Positions 55,255 through 64,000 of a stretch of DNA of 64,000 bases are shown piece after piece. This DNA is from Polyangiaceae bacterium (GTDB lineage Bacteria > Myxococcota_A > Polyangia > Polyangiales > Polyangiaceae): NCBI GenBank assembly GCA_965222375.1, contig CBDCTZ010000013.1:480001-544000 (forward strand), written 5' to 3'. How positions within the stretch are numbered: position 1 is the stretch's first letter; every line of letters starts with the position of its first letter. The translations under genes and the position numbers were made by a program. The notes beneath the pieces were generated by a model that did not search any database, was not told where the DNA came from, and saw only the letters and a program-made list of their open reading frames with translations.

Positions 55255-57360
55255 ATGCATGCCCAGCTATTTTTGGGGACCGTTGGTCTGTTCCTTCTTT
55301 CAGCGAGCGCTGCCGCTCAGCCGAAGCCCGGAGCCTTGCCCCTCAAACGGGTGCGCTTGTACGAGACCGGAGTGGCCTACTTCGAAAGGAGCGGCGCCGT
55401 CACAGGCAGTGCACGCCTACCAGTGCCGGAAGGCCACCTGGACGACGCACTGAAGACCCTGGTGGTCCTCTCTGCCAACGGCAAGACGAAAGTGCAGGGC
55501 GTACGCTTTGCTTCAAGAGTCAGCGGTGCTCTCTCTCGGGCGGTAGCGGGTCTCAAGAGTGGCGATGCCGGAGCAACGACCATGGAGACCCTGATGAGTA
55601 GTCTGGTGGGCGCATCCGTGCAGATCAACGTGCGCGGCGCATCCTGGAAGGGACGCCTGATGAGCGTTCTTCCCAAAGAGACGACGGATCTGACCCGATG
55701 CGTCCTCGATGCAAAGAAGAAGCAGCAGTGCCAGAAAATTCCCAGTGCTGTATTTCTTGCCGACACGGGGGAGCTGCGCCGGATCCCGCTGCAGGACGTG
55801 GGATTCGTTCGCCCTCTGGACAAGACCCGCCTCGAGCGTTTGCGCGCCGCGAGTGGCGCGCTGGGTGGCGCCACCAACGCTGGCAACAAGAGCATCGAGG
55901 TGGTGGCGACCCAGGGTGGCCCGATCACCCTGGGCTACATCGCTGAGACACCCGTCTGGCGATCCACCTATCGCCTCGTGCTCGGTCGCAAGCGCGCGGT
56001 GTTGCAAGGTTGGGCGCTCGTGCACAACGACACGGACGAGCCCTGGAGCCAGGTGAGGCTCCAACTGGTCAATGGTCGCCCGGATTCGTTCCTGTTTCCC
56101 TTGGCGGCACCCCGCTACACCCGGAGGGAGCTGGTCACGCCGGAGGAAACCCTATCCACGGTCCCGCAGTTGCTCGGAGACACCGTAGATGGGGCCTGGG
56201 GCGCACTGCTCGGCGACGAGATAGGCGAGAGCTTTGGCGCCGGAGGCCTCGGCCTCAGCGGCGTGGGCAGCGGCGGCGGCGGTCGTGGAGAGGGCATCGG
56301 CCTGGGCAGCGTGGGAACCATCGGGCATGGCGCCGGCAGCGGCCACGGCGAGAGCTCGATTTTGGATGTCGGCAACCTCGCGGCGGTTGCCACCCAAGAG
56401 GGCGTGGAGGCCGGCGCTCAATTCACCTACACCCTGGCGGGCGCCATCGACTTGAAGGCGCGAAACTCCGCCCTTCTGCCCTTCGTGCAACGTGACGTGA
56501 CGGCCCGGCGCATCGCGTTGTTCTCAGAAGCAGGAACGAGCGCCAGGAGCGCTGTCCGATTTCAAAACGAGACCGGACAGACCTTGCCCGCCGGACCGCT
56601 CGCGGTGTTCTCGAGCGGTGGCCTCGCGGGGGAGGCTGCCTTCGATCGGCTCAAGCCGAAGGAAGTGCAGTTCGTCAGCTTCGGCCTGGACATGGACATC
56701 AGTGTAGACCTGGACTCGGCCGCCAAGCCTGTTGGCGAGACCCGCTACGTCAGCATGAGTGGCAAAGTGCTACGGGAGCATTTCGTGCGTCGCAGGGTGG
56801 AGCGGTACAGGCTCGAGAACCGCAGTGGGGCGCCGCGCACGGTCTATCTCAGACTCTCGACCGTCAAGAACGCGCGGGTCACTGGCGCCGATCGCATGGA
56901 CTTCGACCCACGCGAGCAGCGGGCGCACGCCGTTTTCGAAGTCCCGCCGCGGAGCAAGAGCACGCGTACCCTGAAACTCGCAGAAGGACTGACCGGCAGC
57001 CTGCCCCTCGCGAGCCTCAACTCGCGGTTGCTGCGCAAACTCACGCGCAGCAAGGCGCTTCCGAAGTCCCAGCGCGAGACGCTGCTCCGGGCGGCATCCG
57101 CACTGCATCAAGCGGAGATCCGAACCGGGGCTCGGGGCAAACGACGCGTCGAACTGAACACCTATCGAAAGGACTCGCACCGCCTGCGCGGGCACGCCCG
57201 GGCGCTGGGCGGGAAGCACGGCGCAGAGGTGGCCAGGCGCCTGCTCGATCTGGAAGACAAGATCCGCCGCACGCGGCGGCGAATCGCGACTCTCTCCGCA
57301 GAGATCAAGGAAATGCGCAAGCGCGCCGAGGTCGCCCTACGTCAACTCCCGAAGCGCTGA
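55255..57360 (+). CDS. DUF4139-domain exported protein
   Basis: VRLYETGVAYFER, LDDALKTL, PVWRSTYRL and LQGWALVHNDTDEPW motifs. Confidence 0.85.
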   Translation: MHAQLFLGTVGLFLLSASAAAQPKPGALPLKRVRLYETGVAYFERSGAVTGSARLPVPEGHLDDALKTLVVLSANGKTKVQGVRFASRVSGALSRAVAGLKSGDAGATTMETLMSSLVGASVQINVRGASWKGRLMSVLPKETTDLTRCVLDAKKKQQCQKIPSAVFLADTGELRRIPLQDVGFVRPLDKTRLERLRAASGALGGATNAGNKSIEVVATQGGPITLGYIAETPVWRSTYRLVLGRKRAVLQGWALVHNDTDEPWSQVRLQLVNGRPDSFLFPLAAPRYTRRELVTPEETLSTVPQLLGDTVDGAWGALLGDEIGESFGAGGLGLSGVGSGGGGRGEGIGLGSVGTIGHGAGSGHGESSILDVGNLAAVATQEGVEAGAQFTYTLAGAIDLKARNSALLPFVQRDVTARRIALFSEAGTSARSAVRFQNETGQTLPAGPLAVFSSGGLAGEAAFDRLKPKEVQFVSFGLDMDISVDLDSAAKPVGETRYVSMSGKVLREHFVRRRVERYRLENRSGAPRTVYLRLSTVKNARVTGADRMDFDPREQRAHAVFEVPPRSKSTRTLKLAEGLTGSLPLASLNSRLLRKLTRSKALPKSQRETLLRAASALHQAEIRTGARGKRRVELNTYRKDSHRLRGHARALGGKHGAEVARRLLDLEDKIRRTRRRIATLSAEIKEMRKRAEVALRQLPKR

Positions 57361-57383
57361 CGCCGGCACCAGCGTGCCGGCGT
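57360..57383. terminator. Hairpin between convergent genes
   Basis: ACGCCGGCAC-cagc-GTGCCGGCGT, a 10-bp stem. Confidence 0.5.
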
Positions 57384-57406
57384 GATTCCAGGGCGGGAGG
57401 GGAGGC

Positions 57407-58234
57407 TCAGTTCTTGTTGTCAACACAGCTGCCGTTGGTGGCGCTGCCGCCAACGCACGTGGCACCGCTGGGCTGCGCGCACAACACAAGTGGGCAGACT
57501 ACGCCCGCCGAGCAGTTCTGGGTTTTCCACTCCGCCTTCAACTTCGCGAGCTCCGCGACCGCCGCGGTGTTACCGGGGTTGATGAACGTGGGACACGGGC
57601 ATGCGAGCTCGTCGTCTACCTTACTGGTGCACTGCACCACGGGGAGGATCGGACTGCAGCTCTTCGCTTTCTTCAGGCTCGCCGCGTAGTTCGATTCCAG
57701 TTGCTTGCAGGTCAGACCGGGCCCGCCGCCGGTGCCGCCGGAACCGCCGCTTGCGCCACCGCTACCACCACCGGTTCCGCCGGTGTTCGAGCCGCCACTG
57801 CCAGCACTGCCGCCCGTGTTGGAGCCACCGCTACCTGCGCTGCCGCCGGTGTTCGAGCCGCCGCTGCCCGCGCTGCCACCGCTGCTGCTTCCGGCGCTCC
57901 CCCCGGTATTGGAACCCGCGCTGCCGCCGCTGCTGCTGCCCGCGCTGCCTCCGGAACTGGAACCCGCGCTGCCACCGCTGCTGCTGCCCGCGCTGCCTCC
58001 GGAACTGGAACCCGCGCTGCCACCGCTGCTGCTGCCCGCGCTGCCTCCGGAACTGGAACCCGCGCTGCCACCGCTGCTGCTGCCGGAGCTGCCGCCGGAA
58101 CTGGAACCCGCGCTGCCACCACTTGCCCCCGCGCTGCCACCGGTACCGAGCCCACCGTCATCGTCACCACCACACCCAGCAGCCAAAGCCAGCACCGCAA
58201 CCGACACTGCACCCAACGAGATAGTCTTGTTCAC
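57407..58234 (-). CDS. Gly/Ser tandem-repeat lipoprotein with Cys-rich C-terminal domain
   Basis: AGGAGG RBS and GTG start; lipobox AAGC; (SSGGSAGS)n repeats; 8-Cys tail. Confidence 0.8.
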   Translation of the reverse strand: MNKTISLGAVSVAVLALAAGCGGDDDGGLGTGGSAGASGGSAGSSSGGSSGSSSGGSAGSSSGGSAGSSSGGSAGSSSGGSAGSSSGGSAGSSSGGSAGSSSGGSAGSNTGGSAGSSSGGSAGSGGSNTGGSAGSGGSNTGGSAGSGGSNTGGTGGGSGGASGGSGGTGGGPGLTCKQLESNYAASLKKAKSCSPILPVVQCTSKVDDELACPCPTFINPGNTAAVAELAKLKAEWKTQNCSAGVVCPLVLCAQPSGATCVGGSATNGSCVDNKN

Positions 58235-58338
58235 GTGTCCCTCCTGTGCCCGACGGGGCAAGTAAGTCCTCGCCAGTATAGCCCCGGATCCCTTCGGCGC
58301 AGGCAAAGCGCCGGAGATCCCGAACATCACACTGGAAA

Positions 58339-58629
58339 ATGATGTTACAGGCCGGCGTGGCCAAGTTCTGGCAGTTCATCGAGACCATGCCCACCCTGGT
58401 ACTTGCCGTCGGTGCAGGCTTGCTTCTTCTGGCGCCCTTTGTCCCAGCGCCCCACCTAGTCGAGAAGTTCCGGATGTTCCAGGCAGGCACCCTGCACAAG
58501 CCGCTCGACATCGCGGATGTCTTCGTCCACTCCAGCGGCGTGGTCGTATTGCTGATCCACTTCGTGCTTCGCGCACGGCGCCGCGGCTCCGGCGAGGCAC
58601 CTCCGCCAGGCGCAGACCGAGATAGCTGA
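58339..58629 (+). CDS. Small membrane protein
   Basis: LAPFVPAPHLVEK..M...G.L.KPLDI.D...H conserved-looking motif. Confidence 0.65.
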   Translation: MMLQAGVAKFWQFIETMPTLVLAVGAGLLLLAPFVPAPHLVEKFRMFQAGTLHKPLDIADVFVHSSGVVVLLIHFVLRARRRGSGEAPPPGADRDS

Positions 58630-58636
58630 CTTCGGC

Positions 58637-60145
58637 CTAGGACAAGCCGCGTACTGCGGGTGGCAGATGCTCGGTCCTGACCTTGGAACCACCGGCCATC
58701 TGCCGCGCCACCTGAAGGCACGCGCGAAGCTCCGTGATGTTGCCTGGCCAACGGTGGCGGCATAGTGCCAGCGCCGTAACCGCATCCAGGCTGATGGGGT
58801 CGCTCGGATCGTCCAAATTCGCGATGAGCCCACCCAGGTCCGCTATGCGCCGCCGCAGCGGCGGGATCTCCGCGCGGTAGCCAGAGAACCGGCCCAGCAG
58901 TTCCGGTGAAGCACCCTCGTTCAACAAGTCCGCATAGGGCATGCGCGAGGTGGCGAGCAGCCGAACGTCTTTGGCAACCGCAGAGTCCAGATGCGCCGCG
59001 AGGCTCAGTGCCGTCTGTTGGTCCAGAGCGTCGATGTTCTCGAGCAGCATCGACCCACCACGGGCTTGTTCGAGCAGCTTGGACCAATCCGTCTCGGCGG
59101 CACTAGCATGCACGCAATCCAGTCGCGCAAGCTCGCCGGACGCGCCCGACGCGGCGTGTACGGCCAGAGCGAGCCTCGACTTGCCCACTCCGTGCTCGCC
59201 TTCCAACCACAGAGGCGAGTCAGACGCCGCGATCTTCTCCAGGTCCCGATCCAACGCCCTCAGCGAGGGCATGATGGATGGAAACAGTTGGTCCTTTGGA
59301 AAACCGGTGAGCAGATCTGGCGCGATTCCACGCTCCAGGCGACTACTCGACAGCTCGAACAGCGTATGCCCACATTCGAAGACGGTGTTGACCGTGAGTG
59401 GAGCCACGTCGACGCGCTTGCCCATGACCCAGGTGCCGTTGCTGGAACCCAGATCTCGCACGGAGAACTGGCCGTCCGAACGCACCAAGCGTGCGTGCTT
59501 TCGGCTCACCGCTTCGCCGACCAGGGTCAGGCGCGCGCAGCGTTTGCCATCCGCTTCGTAACGCCGCAGGTAACGGGACTCGCCACGCTCGATGGTCAGT
59601 TCATCGACATCCGTCAAACAGATGGCCGCACCACCCTCCCCAGGAGCGACGGCACGCATGATGAGGTAGAGAAATTGCTCCGGCGCCGCGCCACCGTGAG
59701 CCTGCGATGACTCTACCGCGGTGCTCGGAATGGCCGAGTCGATCACCGAGATTGGACTCTTGGCTGGCGCCAGCGGCAGGCGCCCATCCTGCGCAGTCGT
59801 GTTCATCGGATCCGCGGCTTTGGCAGGCGCTACGAAACGAAAGCCGCGCCCACGAACCGTTGCGAGGATCTGCGGCTCGGAGGACGAGTCTCCCAAGGCC
59901 CGGCGCGCTGCGCTGACTGCCTGGCTCAAAGAAGCCTCGCTCACCGCGGCCTCCGCCCACACTTGCTCTAGGAGCTCTTCTTTGGTGACAACCCGATCTC
60001 GGTGGCGCGCCAGGTAGATCAACAAGTCGAGCACTTTCGGTTGCACCGACACGACCTCACCCCGCTGGCGCAGTTCGAAGGTCTTCTCGGAGAGTTCGAA
60101 CTCTCCAAAACCAAGATGCAGCGGCTCCACGTCAGGTTCAGTCAC
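58637..60145 (-). CDS. OmpR/CadC-type winged-helix, FHA and degenerate sigma54-activator AAA+ regulator
   Basis: FGEFEL...LLIYL...VVTKEELL..VW...TVRGRGFRF; VSRKHA and SSNGT; GEHGVGKS, IPPLRRR and WPGNITEL. Confidence 0.88.
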   Translation of the reverse strand: MTEPDVEPLHLGFGEFELSEKTFELRQRGEVVSVQPKVLDLLIYLARHRDRVVTKEELLEQVWAEAAVSEASLSQAVSAARRALGDSSSEPQILATVRGRGFRFVAPAKAADPMNTTAQDGRLPLAPAKSPISVIDSAIPSTAVESSQAHGGAAPEQFLYLIMRAVAPGEGGAAICLTDVDELTIERGESRYLRRYEADGKRCARLTLVGEAVSRKHARLVRSDGQFSVRDLGSSNGTWVMGKRVDVAPLTVNTVFECGHTLFELSSSRLERGIAPDLLTGFPKDQLFPSIMPSLRALDRDLEKIAASDSPLWLEGEHGVGKSRLALAVHAASGASGELARLDCVHASAAETDWSKLLEQARGGSMLLENIDALDQQTALSLAAHLDSAVAKDVRLLATSRMPYADLLNEGASPELLGRFSGYRAEIPPLRRRIADLGGLIANLDDPSDPISLDAVTALALCRHRWPGNITELRACLQVARQMAGGSKVRTEHLPPAVRGLS

Positions 60146-60295
60146 GAAAAGAATGCTCAGGTCGAGGACCGATCCCCTCGGGACCTACTCAACTATCACA
60201 ATCAGGCGCGGAGGCCGCGCCAAGGGCGGGGCAGGTCGCACGGATACTCCAATAATTTCAATGGCTTACAAAAGCAGCGCCCGGACATTCAGCGA

Positions 60296-60333
60296 TCACG
60301 GACTACTCACGAAACCCTCACGCGCCACTCAAG
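60296..60333 (+). promoter_or_regulatory. Four TCA(C/A)G direct repeats at 11-bp spacing (putative winged-helix operator)
   Basis: TCACG at 60296, 60307 and 60318; TCAAG at 60329. Confidence 0.6.
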
Positions 60334-60392
60334 CACGTAGCCGCTGGCGTTGGCAGCTTGTTCTCGTACCGCTCAATGGAGGAGGAGTCTTG

Positions 60393-62861
60393 ATGCGACG
60401 TATTCAACTTGGTGTGTTTGCCGTGGGCCTGGCTCTGGCGTTTTCTGGTTGCAGTAGCGACAGCACGACGGGTGACGAGCCTGGAGACCCTGGACCAAGC
60501 AGCGTCGTGAAAGTCGACAACAGCGTGCTCGTGGATTCGGCGGTGATCCCGGCCTTCGACAAAGGTGGACCTGAGCGACACCTCGGCACCCTGACCAGCC
60601 CAAGCGGAAACGTGATGCAGTTCTATGAAAACGAACTCGTCGTTGCATCCAAGGACAAAGCGGAAGTCGACGCCCTGGTCAAGCGCTACGGCGGCAAGAT
60701 CCTAGCGAGCATGGATCTGTCCGAAGCCGGAGATGATTCCGGGGACGTCTTCTACGCCATCCGCATTCAAGCTGAAAAGGCCGACGTTGCAGCCATGGAC
60801 CAGACCCTAGCCAAGATCGATAGCGTGCCCGATGGCCTCAAGATATCCAGCGCCGCCGCTCTGGGCACCCTAGCCGCCTTCGTCGCGGAATCCGAGCGAG
60901 GGATCGCTGTATTCCCGAACTTCATCATGCAACCCGATGCCATTCCGCAGCGTGAGGTTGCGGAAGCGGAAACCGCAAGCGGCGCGCACTCCGGAGATTA
61001 CTCGCCGAACCCCTTCGCCTGGCCCTACATGCAGCGCGGCGGCGACCTGGACATCGGTGTGGCAGAAGCTTGGCGTGTGCTCGAGGCGAACGGCAAACTC
61101 GACAACGAGGTGCGCGTCCTGGTCATGGATGCCGGATTCAAGGACGACGACCTGCCTGAGAGCACGGAACTCGTGGGATTCACTCGCTTCGACGACCCCA
61201 ATCAGGGCAAGTGCTGCAACAACACTTGTGAGTGTCCTTGGCATGGCACGGGTTCGGCGCGGGCCGCCGCCGGTCGCGTCGACAACGCGCGCGGCGCCGC
61301 CGGTTCCGGTGGCCCCGTCGTCAAGCCTCTATTGCTGCAGTCGCCACGCGAAGACTTCTTCGACTTCATCCGCTACGTGATGAGCCTGGTGGCGGGCGCC
61401 TCTCAAGCCCAGATCATCAGCATGAGCGCCAGCACCACGATAGACCAGTGGGTTTGCGATACCTCAGGCTTCTTTGGCGGCGAGCTAGGTGTCTGCTCCT
61501 TCCCACATCGCCTCGGCCTGGCCATTCGCGCGGCAAACATGTTGTGGGTGTCGAGCGCCGGCAACAACAACGCCCGGGATCTCGATTCAGGAGACTTCAC
61601 GATCCCCTGCGAGATGGCAGGAACCGTGTGCGTGGGTGGCTTGAATTGGAGCACTCCGACGGTCAGCTCGGGCTCGACCCGGGCGTCCAAGCGCGAAAAC
61701 GGATCCATCGACATCTACGCGCCCTTCGAGCTGTGGGTTGGCTCGGATCCGGAGAACCTGTCCGTCAACGAAGCCACGATCTTCAGCGGCACCAGTGCTT
61801 CAGCACCTTTCGTTGCCGGCGTGGCAGCGCTGATCAAGGCGGCCAACCCCAGCCTACACGCCAACCAGGTGGAGGCAATCCTGAAGAGCACAGCCCACAC
61901 GGGCAATCTCTACCAGGCGCACCGTTGGGTGAACGCCTATGCGGCGGTCAAGCAAGCGGTCGGAGGCGCCGTGCCCGCGTTCATCACCATCACCAAACCG
62001 TCCGACTCGGCCAGCGACCCGCGGGTGGCAGGGCCGGTGCAGTTCAAGTCGGTCGTGGAATCCGACGGCGGCAGTCCCACGGTCGCCTGGTCGAGCAGCA
62101 TCGACGGACCACTCGGCACGGGCAAGGACTTCACCTACACCGGGCTACTGTCCTTCGGTACCCACACCATCAGTGCCGCAGTGACCGCCCATGGCCTGAC
62201 TTACACCGACAGCGTCAGCTACACCCTGACCAACACAGCACCGGTCGTGGACATCGTGTCCCCGAGCACGAGCTCGAACTTCTACGTGGGCCAGCTGATC
62301 AGCTTGCTCGGCTCGAGCACGGACAACAACGAGCCGGGAGCAACGCTGACGAACGCACGGGTCAGTTGGCAAGTCGACGGCAGCCCTGCCGGCACCGGTC
62401 ACGCCAAGGACATCGCACCGAACAGCCTGAGCGTGGGTGCTCACACCATCAAGTTCATCGGCAACGACGGTGAGCTGACGCATTCGAAGCAAATCAGCAT
62501 CAATGTGCTCGCGAATCCGACCAACCTGCCGCCGAATATCACCAGCATGCTACCCGCCACGGGTACGGACTTCGGCCACGCGGACCAGCAGATTGGTGGC
62601 AAGTGGGTCAAGCAGGTCAACTTGTCGGCCACCGCGACGGATCCCGACGGCCCGGCACTACCCAACTCGGCCTACACTTGGCAGACCAAGTACTTCAATG
62701 GCACGAGCACGGTGACCGAGAACCTCGGGACCGGCAAGAGCATCACGGCCAACCTCGCCGGCGTGTGCAACCAGGTGACTCATACCGTGACGGTCTCGGT
62801 TACTGATGGCACCAACGTCTCCAAGAAGAGCGCTACCTACTACGTCAAATTGTTCTGCTGA
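60393..62861 (+). CDS. S8 subtilisin-like serine protease lipoprotein with C-terminal Ig-like repeats
   Basis: GGAGG RBS; lipobox FSGC; catalytic triad VMDAG, HGTG and GTSASAP; SAGN oxyanion motif. Confidence 0.92.
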   Translation: MRRIQLGVFAVGLALAFSGCSSDSTTGDEPGDPGPSSVVKVDNSVLVDSAVIPAFDKGGPERHLGTLTSPSGNVMQFYENELVVASKDKAEVDALVKRYGGKILASMDLSEAGDDSGDVFYAIRIQAEKADVAAMDQTLAKIDSVPDGLKISSAAALGTLAAFVAESERGIAVFPNFIMQPDAIPQREVAEAETASGAHSGDYSPNPFAWPYMQRGGDLDIGVAEAWRVLEANGKLDNEVRVLVMDAGFKDDDLPESTELVGFTRFDDPNQGKCCNNTCECPWHGTGSARAAAGRVDNARGAAGSGGPVVKPLLLQSPREDFFDFIRYVMSLVAGASQAQIISMSASTTIDQWVCDTSGFFGGELGVCSFPHRLGLAIRAANMLWVSSAGNNNARDLDSGDFTIPCEMAGTVCVGGLNWSTPTVSSGSTRASKRENGSIDIYAPFELWVGSDPENLSVNEATIFSGTSASAPFVAGVAALIKAANPSLHANQVEAILKSTAHTGNLYQAHRWVNAYAAVKQAVGGAVPAFITITKPSDSASDPRVAGPVQFKSVVESDGGSPTVAWSSSIDGPLGTGKDFTYTGLLSFGTHTISAAVTAHGLTYTDSVSYTLTNTAPVVDIVSPSTSSNFYVGQLISLLGSSTDNNEPGATLTNARVSWQVDGSPAGTGHAKDIAPNSLSVGAHTIKFIGNDGELTHSKQISINVLANPTNLPPNITSMLPATGTDFGHADQQIGGKWVKQVNLSATATDPDGPALPNSAYTWQTKYFNGTSTVTENLGTGKSITANLAGVCNQVTHTVTVSVTDGTNVSKKSATYYVKLFC

Positions 62862-62884
62862 GTCGCCTCCACTCACAGCACAGC

Positions 62885-62920
62885 CGCCGCTCGGTGAAAG
62901 CCGAGCGGCGTTTTCCTTTT
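62885..62920 (+). terminator. Rho-independent terminator
   Basis: CGCCGCTCGG-tgaaag-CCGAGCGGCG followed by TTTTCCTTTT. Confidence 0.85.
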
Positions 62921-62930
62921 GTCTTGGTGG

Positions 62931-62974
62931 GTTTGGGGTCGCATCGGTGGGGCGGCGTTGGGGCACTACTCTCG
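62931..62974 (+). repeat. Dispersed ~50-bp motif, copy 4
   Basis: GTTTGGGGTCGCATCGGTGGGGCGGCGTTGGGGCACTACTCTCG. Confidence 0.75.
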
Positions 62975-62989
62975 CGGTTTGGCGAGAGT

Positions 62990-63068
62990 GAGCGTGGGCG
63001 CGAGGGCGAGCGTGGGGGCGGGCGTGGGGGCGGGCGTGGGGGCGGGCGTGGGGGCGGGCGTGGGGGCT
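62990..63068 (+). repeat. 12-bp tandem repeat (GGGCGTGGGGGC)n
   Basis: Four perfect consecutive units plus degenerate upstream units. Confidence 0.9.
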
Positions 63069-63216
63069 TCCGCGGGTGGATTTGATCCTGCCAGCGTGCT
63101 CGGTCGGTTCAAGGCCTTCGCCGGCTTCGCCGGTGGCTGCTGCGCAGCCAGCCTTGAGCCGACCTGTGCGCGCTGGCGGGTGGGGTGGGTGTTTGTTTGA
63201 AGAAAGGAACCTCACC

Positions 63217-63540
63217 ATGCTCCGTATCTATTCAGTCAGTGTTCAAGTCGCTCGTGAAGTTCGGCCGTTGGCGGATCGCATTGCGCGCTTCGATCGCGCG
63301 GCGTCAGTGCAGTTGCGCAAGTCGCTTGGATCCGTCGTCAACAACCTCGCGGAAGGGTCCGGTCTGCGTGCGGGGAGGCGGAGGCTCGCTTATGAAATCG
63401 CCCTGGGCGAGGCGCGCGAGGCCTTAGCGAACCTCGAGTTCGCTGAGGCCATGGGCTATTCGCCACCTGTCTCTCCCGAGTTGCGCGCACGGTTCAACCA
63501 CATCATCGGCACTCTCGTCAGAATCGTGCACCGCCCGTAG
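63217..63540 (+). CDS. Four-helix-bundle protein (23S rRNA IVP / Avd-like family)
   Basis: GAAAGGA RBS; QLRKS..SV..NLAEG...R...Y.IA.GEA.E motif. Confidence 0.88.
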   Translation: MLRIYSVSVQVAREVRPLADRIARFDRAASVQLRKSLGSVVNNLAEGSGLRAGRRRLAYEIALGEAREALANLEFAEAMGYSPPVSPELRARFNHIIGTLVRIVHRP

Positions 63541-63574
63541 ACGCAAGCGTGCACCAGCTCGTTCACGACGCCTC

Positions 63575-64000
63575 AGTCCGCTCAAAGCGGCTTTGTTGTG
63601 AGCCGCTCATGCGCGGCTCGGGTTGGATTTAGCGTTCGTTGTTCCAGAAGCGAAGTTGCTCGAAGCGGCGGTCTTCAGCTTCCTGGTTTCTGATGTACTC
63701 CCGGATCACGGCTTCGTCGCGACCTACCGTCGTGACAAAGTACCCGCGCGCCCAGAAGTGTTGACCCATGAAGTTCCGACGTTTTCCCAGGAACGCCCGG
63801 GTGATGTGGATCGCACTCTTCCCCTTCAGATACCCGATGACTTGCGACACCGCGTACTTCGGTGGAATGGAGATCATCATGTGCACGTGGTCCGGCATCA
63901 GATGTCCTTCCTCGATCCGGCACTCACGTCGCTCCGCTAGCTGCCGAAAAATTTCCCCCAAGTGCTTGCGCAGCTCCCCGTACAACACCTTCTTTCGATA
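63575..64000 (-). mobile_element. tnpA: IS200/IS605-family element: Y1 transposase TnpA (63629 to window end, 5'-truncated) plus downstream hairpins
   Basis: DHVHMMISIPPK HUH motif, KGKS, FWARGY and IREYI (catalytic Tyr); hairpins at 63575-63592 and 63600-63619. Confidence 0.92.

Noticed and set aside
60340..60370. Sigma54 promoter upstream of the subtilase
   Set aside because: TGGC is present but there is no GC at the required GG-N10-GC spacing.
62990..63068. Tandem repeats as a CRISPR array
   Set aside because: Contiguous 12-mers with no spacers.

Overview
GC-rich chromosomal window from a myxobacterium. The assignment (Myxococcota, probably Polyangiaceae-like) is inferred from MglA, many Hanks-type Ser/Thr kinases, FHA proteins and Cys/Gly-rich lipoproteins. 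Main content: an MNIO (DUF692) RiPP locus with a lipoprotein precursor carrying two CGAGxCG motifs (0.7-2.9 kb); housekeeping and motility genes (pilT, rlmE, mglA, a RluA-methyltransferase fusion, rplC and rplS outside their usual operons, glgP); an FHA/vWA/PP2C/ABC signalling cluster; several kinases, one disrupted; a UxxC selenoprotein split by TGA; a wHTH-FHA-AAA regulator divergent from a subtilase; a four-helix-bundle gene; and an IS200-type transposase cut by the window end. The most unusual structure is at 11.5-18.5 kb. Two related units each carry an HNH nuclease with a RuvA-C-like tail, bracketed by ~100-bp inverted repeats and preceded by ~0.8-0.9 kb of block-conserved, hairpin-rich non-coding DNA. 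Each unit starts at a copy of the last ~10 codons of pilT, with lipoprotein genes in between. This looks like an integrase-free element accumulating in tandem at the pilT 3' end. A ~50-bp motif from these units recurs at 11.6 kb and upstream of the four-helix-bundle gene at 62.9 kb. All family assignments come from motif recognition by eye; no database searches were run.
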